Origin: Epiperipatus broadwayi | Lineage: Eukaryota > Animalia > Onychophora | Assembly: GCA_028023455.1 (NCBI GenBank) | Contig: JAQFVV010000003.1 | Coordinates: 15,562,001 to 15,626,000 of the forward strand | DNA: 64,000 bases | Reading direction: 5' to 3' | Shown here: piece by piece, positions 40,181 to 51,019 of the stretch | Layout: each line of letters begins with the position of its first letter | Numbering within the stretch: position 1 is the stretch's first letter | Program-made: the position numbers and the translations under genes | Notes under the pieces: model-generated | Told to the model about the DNA's origin: nothing | The model's input: only the letters and a program-made list of their open reading frames with translations | Database searches by the model: none

Positions 40181-40604
40181 CACATGAGCAACATTTCTTA
40201 TGCTTATTCATAACTGTTGTTAAAACAGGCAAAACTCTCCATACAGTAGTGCCACTCAGAGCAAGCCAGAATAATCAATGGATGCCAGAAGGCCTGTATG
40301 ACTATATAAGCTAATGAGTTTGAATTGAAAATATTATTGTGTTTTCAATTTTATTCTCATAGTTTTGTAGTTAAATAGAGATAAAAGGTGGCTGCTGGAG
40401 AGTTGCATTAGTTCCTAAGATCTCGATGCAGTGTTCTCAAATCCAAGGCTCCTCACTGACAAAAGCCACAAACTAGAAACTAGTCTGGGGATATTGGATG
40501 AGTAGGCATTAGATAGGGATTTTATGCACAAGTCTTCTGGAATCCACTGATTACTTTGGTTTGCACTGAGTGGCACTACTGTATAGAGAGTTTTGCATGT
40601 TTTA
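40181..40604 (+). mobile_element. Family A copy (inverted tail-bearing arm + near full-length direct unit); decayed HHR at 40449-40491
   Basis: 13-bp TSD ATAATACAATAAT at 40168-40180 and 40605-40617. Confidence 0.9.
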
Positions 40605-43020
40605 ATAATACAATAATATAAATATTTAGATAAAATCCTAATAAATGTTAATTATGATTGTAATTTATAGTAAAATGAGATAGAAAATGAAAGATAGTCA
40701 TAATGTTAAATGATAAAAATATTTAAAGTTGTCTAAATCAATTTTTTTTTTGGCATTAATCATGAATTTATCTGAATGTTTGTGATAATAGTATTTTATT
40801 TCTAATTATATGTTAGATTATTTCTATCAAATGTTTTTAGAATGTGAATTTTATATATACTTTTCAAAATACATTCAACTGTTAGTAACAGTGTATAGAT
40901 TAGTATATATAACACAATGTTTCAGGAAGTATTCTTCTTTCTTTTTCTAATGTTACTGTGTTGAACAATAATGGTATTAGCATAGGAATTGAATAGGTGA
41001 TGATTTTTACATTCATGAATAGCTTAAGTGATTAGAGCGTCATCTTATAATCAGTGTTCACAAATTTAAAAATCATTGCTTTGAGCCTACACCAGTATTA
41101 CCATTATTTAGGTTAGTAACAATCAAAGAAAAGGAACTAATAATACCAAGCAAAATTTTGTCTTATATGCTAATATGTACATTATTATTACTAACAAATT
41201 CTAAAAAATAATTTGCAATTAAAAGTAAATGATTGAAATAATCCAGCACATAATTACAAATGTATGTTATGAGTGTTTTATGTGTGTGTGTGTTATTTAT
41301 TTATTTCATTTATAATTAAAAATAAACCAAGATTTCTTTTAAATTGGAAAATGCATTTTTTTTTCTTATAAATTAATGGCAACTTTATTAAAATTGTGAA
41401 ACAAAACATGTTTATAAAAGAATGGGAAATTAAAATAAGCAATAATCATAAACAAAACATGTTTTATCCTGTAGATTGAAAAATGTCCTGCAATTTGTCA
41501 AGATATCAAAGAAAACCATTATGCAATCAATTAGATCAGATTTTTATTTTATTTTTTGGATAGAAACTACAGTCAAAGCTTAAACCCAATGGACACTGAA
41601 ATCATAAAACCATGGGTAGCAGAGCAGAAATGATTAGAGAAACTTGTCTTTGATATGTATCACTGATAAACTTCTAAATATTTGCAAATTAATTCTGCCC
41701 TATTGGAATGACAAATATCTTCATTAAATGAGACTCAAACCTATCTGATTAAACAACTGCTTACTGAATTAACCACATGGGGCTATTTTAACTGTTTACT
41801 AATTATACTCAGTCACATTAGAAATATTTATTTTGACTTATAAAGAAATCTTTATATTTATATTATAAACTATATATTATATTTAATAATAATATCTTAG
41901 CTATATTGAATATAGTATTTGGGAAATAAATTGACAATAATGATTATACAATTCCTAGTTCATAAATCAAGCCTTTTTCTGCTATAGATTCACACAAGAA
42001 TATTGAAAAGTCAGCCATGCTTTATTGATATTCTATAATTAGATTGTATTAATGAAAAAGATAGATAATTATTAAATTTATTCTAGGAATTTCTCCACAA
42101 CCAAATTTTTATTGAATTCCATAATAATTTTACTAGCTAATAATTATGGGATTGAAATTCTTTTTGAAGTATTATTTTTGGTTTCATTAATTAAACTCAT
42201 GTTTTGATACATAAAAAAATATTAGTATTTCTTTAGTGTATGTCTTTATGTTATGCTTTTCATGAACTAAATTCTATATTATATGACATGAAAAAAGAAA
42301 TATGGAGTTTTGTTTTTGTCACAGATATACTTGTTGCTATTAACTATTAAAGCATCTGATGTTATTATAAATTAAACAAGGATGTACGATATCAAAAGCA
42401 GTATTCCTAAATTATTAGTGATCCATAAATCTGTGCATATTTGAAGACAACAAAAGAATATATATCATCATCATTGTATCATCAAACAAATTGGCATCAA
42501 AAAAAGACTAGACAATAATAGAGATACTAGCAATTCATACTCTGCTCCATTTTACCTTACACACCCATTTATATATATATAATAAATGAAGCATTATGTT
42601 AATATGTCTTGATAAAGTTAAAAATTATTCCCTGATGTTGGTATTTTTTATTTTAATCATTTCATGTCAAATGCATTTTTAGTGCAATGCACTAAATTCA
42701 TAATTTTATATTGCTATCTAAATTGATTAAAACGTTTTGTTTGTGGAGTCTGTAATTAATATTTAATTTAAATGTTCTAAAAAATATTTAAAGGCATGCT
42801 ATTAGATATTTTGTTAGAAACAATTTCTTCTGGAAATATATTATTTATCATTCTTGTTTTTATTTTTCTATCATTGCATTCAGACCAGACAAGCTTAATG
42901 GTCTCTGAATCAAATAAATGTTCTTATTCTTTATTGTGATTCAAAAAAACTAATATGTGTTCTGAATTTGTGTCTGCACTCTTATATAATATCTATATTT
43001 ATTAGTGTATTATATACATA

Positions 43021-43600
43021 TTGAATTAAATGTTTCTATGGATTGCTTTTATAATAATGAATAGAAATGAGAAGATAATAATCCATAAAATAGGGATAAA
43101 CTTTAACCTTTGATATTACTAAGAAATTAATAATTACTACTAATTGACAATTCCTGTGGCTAAACAAATTTTTCTTATAAAACTATAATAGCTCTTTTGT
43201 TGGTGGTGTTTTATTGAAGTAAAGGGATCCTCTTTTATTTTAATCCCAAATTCTTATATGGATTTAAACTGAGAAAACTATTTTTATAGGTGTGAAAATG
43301 TGAAACAATAGCATCTTTCTTGACATTCTGCAAACAATATTTTTAACTTCTCTAGAGAGCTGTTTATGTTGAATTAAATGTTTCTATGGATTGTTATTAT
43401 AATAATGAATAGAAATTTATGAGATAATATTTATGAAATAAAAATAAATTTTAATATGTTTGATGCTACCAAGAAATTATCAATTACTATTAATTGACAA
43501 TTCTGGAAGCTAAGCAAGTTTTTCTCATAAAACAATAGTAGCTCTTTTGTTGGGAATCTAATAAGGGGATCCTCTTTTCTTTCAATCCCAACTTCTTATA
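43021..43600 (+). repeat. Diverged direct duplication, period about 348 bp
   Basis: ttgaattaaatgtttctatgg...gggatcctctttt...cttatat at 43021-43260 and 43369-43600. Confidence 0.75.
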
Positions 43601-44070
43601 TATATATTAATGTGAAATATAATACAGAATTTAAATATAAAATTTAATAATGACTATGCTTTCACATCATATTAATGATCATATATATGATAATCAAAAC
43701 AAGTTATAAATTTCGTAACTTGCTTTAAGCTTGCATTTTATGATCACTAGATAATGCTTTACCAATAGCTCCTAACAAGCTTCATCTAGTGATCATAAAA
43801 TGCAAGCTTAAAGCAAGTTACAAAATTTATAACTTGTTTTGATTATCATACATGTAACTTTGAAGGTTTTTGCAATGATATATATTGCAGAGGCTTTTAC
43901 TATATGGTGAAACTGAACTGATTTCAGACCCATATAGCTATCTAATTTGTTAAACTGGATTTGAAGACATTATGTGTCTGATAAATTTCATGCTTTCAAA
44001 CTGATAGAAACATATTTGATAAGTGCTGACTTTAGAGTTGGTATTTAGATCTAGTTTTTAGTCTCCCAAG

Positions 44071-44117
44071 CCTTCACTAACATGAGCCAATAAGCTCGAA
44101 ACCAGTTGGTCTGGAGG
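44071..44117 (+). ncRNA. Type-I hammerhead motif, family B (core decayed)
   Basis: CCTTCA ctaacat GAGC caataa GCTC GAAA CCAGTTGG TC TGGAGG. Confidence 0.5.
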
Positions 44118-44491
44118 TGGGTGACAATGATTGAGATTTTGAATTCTATCTCTCTTGGCATTTATGTTAATAAAAGTGTATTAGGAGCTATTGGTAAAGC
44201 TCCATCTAGTGATCATAAAATGCAAGCTTAAAGCAAGTTACGAAATTTATAACTTGTTTTGATTATCATAAATGTACCTTTGAAGGTTTTTTGCAATGAT
44301 ATATATTGCATAGGCTTTTATTATATAGTGAAACTGAACTGAATTCAGACCCATGCAGCTATCTAGTTTGATAAGCTAGATTTGAAGACATTACGTGTCT
44401 GATAAATTTCATGCTTTCAAACTGATAGAAACGTGTTTGATAAGTGCTGACTTTAGAGTTAGTATTTAGATCTAGTTTCTAGTCTCCCGAG

Positions 44492-44538
44492 CCTTCTCTG
44501 ATGTGAGCCAACAAGCTCGAAACCAGCTGGTCTGGAGG
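44492..44538 (+). ncRNA. Type-I hammerhead motif, family B (best copy)
   Basis: ccttct CTGATGT GAGC caacaa GCTC GAAA CCAGCTGG TC TGGAGG; stem III is the perfect palindrome ACCAGCTGGT. Confidence 0.7.
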
Positions 44539-45457
44539 TGGGTGACAACGATAGAGATTTTGAATTCTATCTCTCTCAGCATTTATGTAAACAAAAGCTT
44601 GTTAGGAGCTATTAGTAAAGCTCCACCTAGTGATCATATATATATATATATAACATTAAACACAATCATTTTAAATGCTGCTATAGTAAACAGTACACAG
44701 TTACACATTAGTAAAAATGGTCTCATTTTTCTATTGACTTTCTTTATGCAAAGGAGACTTCCTATAATACTTATAGCAAAAAGTATAGATTGATGAAGTT
44801 TCATCATCTCTGCTATAACTATTAAAGATAATCTTCTTTATATATAAAGAGGATCAATGGAAAAGTAATTTCATTTTCTTATTAGAGTTTTGTCATTTCT
44901 GAAGTGTGAGTGTATCCAATTTACTATAGCAATATCTAAAAATTATTGTGTTTAATGTTATATTTACATATTCACATTGGAATTACTTTGTTATATATAT
45001 ATATAATTCCAGATAACAAACAATATATTGTTTATTTAATAGCATTTTACCATTATATGTATATAAATCAATATTAGAATAATAATAATGATTCTTAGAA
45101 TTAAAATGATAAAAAACCATTATATTGGAAATAGGTTTAATATAAAATAACAAAAGAATTTTTTTTCTTATTTTTTTAGAAAGGTTAATGAAAAAAATAA
45201 GAAATAAAAATTGTTTTTAAAATTATTAGATATAGTTATAAATAGGATAAAATTATATAAAGATGAAAAACTTTTACTCTTCTTATAACTAGTAATTTCT
45301 TATTCAATATTACTATTTAGAAAATATTTATTATGTTAATAGTTTTTATTTGCTTAAAAATAATTTTTGATTATTTGCTATTTTAAAAGTATTTGTATAA
45401 TTATTTTTTAATTAAAAAAATTAAATATGATAACAAAAATAATAACATTCATTTTTA

Positions 45458-45882
45458 AATGGGCAAAACTCTCCATACAGTAATGCCATTCAGTGCAAGC
45501 CAAAGTAATCAATGGATGTCAGAAGGCTTGTGCATAAAATTCCTATCTAGTGCCTACTCATCCAATATCCCCAGATTAGTTTCTGGCTTGTAGCCTTCAT
45601 CAGTGAGGAGCTTTGGATCTGAAAGCATTGCACCTAGATCTTAGGATCTAATGCAACCCTCCAGCAGCCACCCTTTATCTCAACTACAAAACTAAGACAA
45701 TAAATTTGAAAACACGTTAATATTCTCAATCCAAGCTCAATAGTTTAAATAGTCATATACGTCTGAATTCAGCTTTCTGGCATCCATTGATTACTCTGGC
45801 TTGCACTGAGTAGCACTGCTGTATGGAGAGTTTTGCCTATTTAATAACAGTTATGAGGCAAGCATAAGAAACAGTGGTCATG
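45458..45882 (-). mobile_element. Family A copy (long antisense unit + direct arm with tail); HHR on - strand at 45568-45610
   Basis: 15-bp TSD TAACATTCATTTTTA at 45443-45457 and 45883-45897; ctcctca CTGATGA a GGC tacaa GCC a GAAA ctaa TC tgggga. Confidence 0.9.
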
Positions 45883-46638
45883 TAACATTCATTTTTACAA
45901 ATTACATTAAAAAATATTAATTTTATATCAGAAATTACTAAATATTTGTAAATACAGTACACAAAATGCACAAGTAAATATAAAAATGCAAATTTATATA
46001 AATATGCTTATTAGTACAATTGACTTAAAATGGTTGTATACTAAGCATTACTAATTGTGAAATGGAGTTTATTATAATTTCTACTTGTTCCAGATATAAT
46101 TATAAGTATGCTTTTTTTATTATAAAGAGCTTCACATTCAATAATTATATGTTTGTCATCATTCCTACCATAAAACATATCAATTGAATCTGCTTTATAT
46201 AAATACTATACAGAAACAGAATTAGAATTAAAACCAATTCTTTTTTTATGTTGCACTTCAAGTATACAATAGTCAAATATGTTTAAAAATACATATATAC
46301 AAGCAACAAAGATTACAAATTATAAAATTATTATATAAAAGCCTTTTTCGGCAAATTATGTTTTTTTTTGCCCTTTTCAATATGTCTCCACAATTTAAAG
46401 CACATACAGCGACATCTATATCAATACATGAGAGAAGACAGATAAACAAATGGATATTTGACATGATCTATTATGTGATTTTTCCCCCCTCAATTCTACT
46501 ACAAAATTACTCTGTTATATATATTGAATGGATATATATCCACATATATTAATTAATTAACTATCCATTCATTATCCATTAACCACTTATTATTTAACTT
46601 AAAATAATTTAAATTTAAATTATAATTTATAATTTAAA

Positions 46639-46935
46639 ATGATTTACTACGGCCAGACGTCAAAGCAATTGGGAGAAAGAGCTAAAGAACACAATGATGC
46701 TATTGCTAGGAAAGATGATAGATCTGCGTTATATGTTCATTATTTGCAGTATGGACATAAAATAAATTGTATTGATAATATAAGTGTTCTTGATTATATT
46801 AAAAATGTTAATAGACGTAAAATATATGAAACAAACTACATCATGTATAATAAAAACAACTGTATGAATATATACAAAACATCCATTAAGTTAAATAATA
46901 AGTGGTTAATGGATAAAGAATGGATAGTTAATTAA
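46639..46935 (+). CDS. PLE GIY-YIG (Uri) endonuclease C-terminal fragment
   Basis: YYGQTSKQLGERAKEH...SALYVH...GH...RRKIYE...N, the Penelope endonuclease pattern. Confidence 0.85.
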   Translation: MIYYGQTSKQLGERAKEHNDAIARKDDRSALYVHYLQYGHKINCIDNISVLDYIKNVNRRKIYETNYIMYNKNNCMNIYKTSIKLNNKWLMDKEWIVN

Positions 46936-47102
46936 TTAATATATGTGGATATATATCCATTCAATATATATAACAGAGTAATTTTGTAGTAGAATTGAGG
47001 GGGAAAAAATCACATAATAGATCATGTCAAATATCCATTTGTTTATCTATCTTCTCTCATGTATTGATATAGATGTCGCTGTATGTGCTTTAAATTGTGG
47101 AG

Positions 47103-47153
47103 ACATATTGAAAAGGGCAAAAAAACATAATTTGCCGAAAAAGGCTTTTATAT
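47103..47153 (+). ncRNA. Variant type-I hammerhead (U3-A8 core)
   Basis: acata TTGAAAA g GGCAAA aaaacataa TTTGCC GAAA AA GGCT TT TA tat; mirrored at 46333-46386 (-). Confidence 0.6.
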
Positions 47154-48113
47154 AATAATTTTATAATTTGTAATCTTTGTTGCTTGTATATATGTATTTT
47201 TAAACATATTTGACTATTTTATATAAATAATATAGTATCTGATTTATGATTAGTAATTTTGGAACTAGAAATGGTTGGAGAAGGGAATTTTTTTGAAATT
47301 GGTCATCTGAGTCTTATATTGTTATAATTTATAATTCAGCTTGGTGCTATTACATGTAACATACCTTATTTGAATAATGAGCTAATTGTGAGTGCTAAAA
47401 TGTTTTCATTCTTAATAATTATTATAGAATAGTTCCATAATACATTAATTGCATTATTGGTTGTGTTATATGCACATTTGTATATAAGTAAATGGGAATA
47501 CACAGAATTGCATATAATAAAATAATATTCTTAACTATTCCTTAACAAAATTTCAATAGACCAACTAACACCTCATTGCTAACAATATACTTTTATCAAT
47601 TTTGACATCACACTAAAAACCAGACTTTCAAAGACAACTGTTTCATGTTTTATAACACTATACTTCAGTATGCAGCAAGCCCATTATTAGTTTCTAAATA
47701 TAATATATAAGAACCCTTCTTGAATTTGATGTCTATATGAAAAGATTTTAGACATTTCATGGGATATTACCGTGATATTATTATCAGCTAAAGAGAAGTA
47801 TAGTAAGTTATAAAATAATTATTGTGGAAAAACTGATTTCCAACTTATTTAATATGATGTTAAAATTAATATGAATATGTCAACAGTGATCTGATTGGCC
47901 ATTTGTTTAAACTGTGTTAAAAAGTAATTAATTTAGATTATAACAGTTTAAGTCAATTATTTTATATAGTGCGATGTTTTTTTAATAAACTATAATATTT
48001 AAACATATTCAAATAATGACGTATCATAAATTCTAATAAATTTCACTAGCGTCATTCATTCAAGCATGTAAAAGTAATTTAAAGTGATTATTTAATATCT
48101 TCACACTTTCACT

Positions 48114-48289
48114 TTCAAACACTTAAGATTTGCCCATACAAAAGCGTTTGGGTTCGAAAAGATAGATGGCCAGGCCATTCTATCTTTTCCAAAGACTTTA
48201 TCGTGTGGTTGTAGAAGTGTTAGTATTCATTCATTTTATATTTAAAATCTAAAGCACATGTGCAACAGTTTAATGCTGTTTAAATATTA
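48114..48289 (+). repeat. Family F single arm
   Basis: Matches the right arm of 15358-15682 plus the reverse complement of its loop. Confidence 0.85.
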
Positions 48290-48524
48290 TAATTTATTAT
48301 AACAGTTTAGTAATATTCAATATATATATATACATACATACATATATTAAATCATAAGTGGCAAAAACACTATCTAGTTATTATATGAAAATTACATCAC
48401 CATAGCCGTCGTGCTCTACAATTCCTTGACAACAAACTTCTGATATTCTATTAGTTAATTTAATTTACACACACATACGCATATATATATATATATTAAT
48501 TGTAATACTCTGATGGATTTTGTG

Positions 48525-49435
48525 TGTAATAAAATATAATATCTAAATAGCTGATGTTTCAGTATAATAACAAGTACTTTCCTCAGAGTTTCTTAAATCA
48601 TAAGAATGTGTGTTATGAGATTTAAAATCATTATTTTTTTCTTTTGTTATTTTCTTCGCATTCTTAAATTCTATTGGTTGACAAGTTTTAAAAAATATTT
48701 TATTCTTCAATAGCTTTTTCCATATATTGTTAATTTTCTTTAATTCACACTTTTAATTTATGCTTGTAATACTTTTAAAAATCTCTATAGCTTCCCGTAG
48801 CAATCTCTGGTCATATTGTTCAATTTTTTTTTGAGAATATGTCTTTTATTAAAATTGATGTCATGGTTAATTAATTTAATGTGTGAATAAATGGCTGATT
48901 AATTTTATTTTTCCCTAACTGCCAAAATGTGTTCTTCCTTTCTTATATTTATTCTATGATTGGTCTATCCAATGTATCAATGTAAACAAATTCCACATGG
49001 AATTTCATATACACCATGACACTCCAACAAAATTTTAACTTTAGAACATGGAAATACTTCATTATTTTTTTAAAATATAGTAATAAATTAACTATGATGT
49101 CAGTTTTAATAAAACACATTCTGGCAAAAGTTGAACAATATGACACAGAGATTTCTAAGAGAAGCTGTAGAGATTTTTAAAATACCTAAGAGCATAAATG
49201 AAAAGTGTGAATTAAAGAAAATTAACAATTTGGAAAAAGCTATTGGAGGATAAAATATTTTTTAAAACTTCTCAACCAATAGAATTTGAGAATGAGAAGA
49301 AAATAACAAAAGAAAAAAAAACTATTTTAAATCTCACCACACACATTGTTATGGATTGAGAAAGAAGAAGCTCTGAGGAAAGTATTTGTTATTGTATTGA
49401 AACATCAGCTATTTAGCTATTATATTTTTATTACA
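48525..49435 (+). mobile_element. Second, unrelated 5'-truncated Penelope-like element with inverted pseudo-LTR (about 350-bp arms)
   Basis: Arms 48525-48876 / 49083-49435; frameshifted ILAKVEQY / RFLREAVEIFKIPKSINEK (GIY-YIG C-terminus); HHR motif at 49369-49410 and 48549-48590 (-). Confidence 0.8.
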
Positions 49436-50144
49436 TGGAAACTCCTGGAAAATAATATATATGTATATATACACAAACACATGAACATATAAGTAACTTA
49501 ATATTATTTTTAGATTATCAATTATAGTTATCACATTTTAATGTCTTTCTTCAATCATGCATGAATAAATTCACATTAAAGAAATGTATATCATAGAAAT
49601 GAACCCATTTTATATTATTCACAAGAAAACATACATGTGTGAACATATTTTGAAATAATTGTTCAAATATTCCATAAACAATGTTAAATGAATTAAGAGG
49701 TCATGTGACAGTCAAACATCCAAGTGGCTGATTGAACAGAGAATTTTTTTTTTTACTTTATTTATCAGATAATTGAAACATGACTTTTGATCTTGTACAG
49801 GATGACATCCATAATACACACACACACAATTTATCTAAATACAAGCACATAAACATATGTATTAAATAATCATAATGTGAAAATAAATGTGATATTTAAA
49901 CAAATAAATTACTATAAAATTAAAAATAGTATAAACATTAAAATGCTGGCATAAATGTAGGTAATATGACACTATGGTGATTGATAAATGTCATCTATTG
50001 TTTAATGTAATTTGTTAATGCATTATTTATATTTTAAAGTATAATTTAATACATTTTTATCCTTTTTTAGTGTATACAAATATATATACAACTCTAAGAG
50101 ATTATATTTTTATTATATAATTTAAATGTATCATTTTTTTATAG

Positions 50145-50288
50145 AGGGAGTTACTACAAAGTCCAATTTTCTTGAAGTAACACTACCTTTAAAAACAGAT
50201 CACATTAGGAAAGGTGCTTTAAATGAAACTGAGGTAGAAAACGATAATGACTACATTGTAGTTGAGGGAGGTGCACAGTTTTTAGAAG
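50145..50288 (+). CDS. Host gene exon, end of FN3 domain 2 plus linker (KGVTTKSNFLEVTLPLKTDHIRKGALNETEVENDNDYIVVEGGAQFLE)
   Basis: tttttatAG / g|GTAATT; phase 1/1; SN.L.V FN3 terminal strand. Confidence 0.85.
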
Positions 50289-50640
50289 GTAATTTTTAAT
50301 ATAAGATTAATCCTAGTTTTAAAGTGATTTTAAAATGTTGTCATGATAGAAGTCAAATAAGTCATCATTTTCAATAACATGAAGAAAAAATTCCTTACCA
50401 CTTTTGATTTTACATTAAATTGATTTTATGTTAACTATATTAACCTGCAACCACTACATACATAATTTGTGTAATGTAAAAGCTACAGTAGTATGTGATA
50501 TTGCTCCTAAGAAAAGTGTTATTTTATTATATAATTAAAGTTCTAAATTTGATATTTGTAATTATAAACATTACTTAAAATAGGTATTATAATATTTAAT
50601 AGAGAAATAATTAATAACTATAGCTACAATGAGTTTAATA

Positions 50641-51019
50641 TAAATTCATTCATTAATCTGCTGAGTTAACTTTTGATACAGAGTGTCTGTTTGAAAGCAT
50701 AACTGATAGATAACTAACAGAGTCTGATTGTAATTCTGATTATAAAAGATTAGACTTGTGGTGTTCAAAAGATTTGCATGATTGCATTTATAATAGGTAA
50801 TTGTGAAGTGCCACCTATATTGTCAGATTAAACCACCATGTCTACCAAGGAAAACACTATTGGTTCATATATTTATCACATGTGTGAAATTAATCATATG
50901 CCAAGCCTCTTTAATCTTGCATTTTTTGTGGTTACTTTTGATGTATACAATCTACCAATTAGCTTTGAAACAGACATTTTGTGTCAAAAGTTAACTCAGC
51001 AGATTAATGAACAAATTTA
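50641..51019. repeat. Fold-back/MITE-like element with about 75-bp imperfect TIRs
   Basis: cattaatctgctgagttaacttttga... / ...tcaaaagttaactcagcagattaatg. Confidence 0.7.

Larger units (their letters stand above)
43688..44636 (+). mobile_element. Family B HHR repeat: inverted 5' piece + two tandem 421-bp units, ending in (TA)n
   Basis: 43688-43752 pairs with 43783-43848; HHR cores at 44077 and 44498, 421 bp apart. Confidence 0.9.
46268..47218 (+). mobile_element. 5'-truncated Penelope-like element with inverted pseudo-LTR (about 334-bp arms)
   Basis: Arms 46268-46602 / 46886-47218 enclose a GIY-YIG C-terminal ORF; HHR variant in both arms. Confidence 0.9.
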
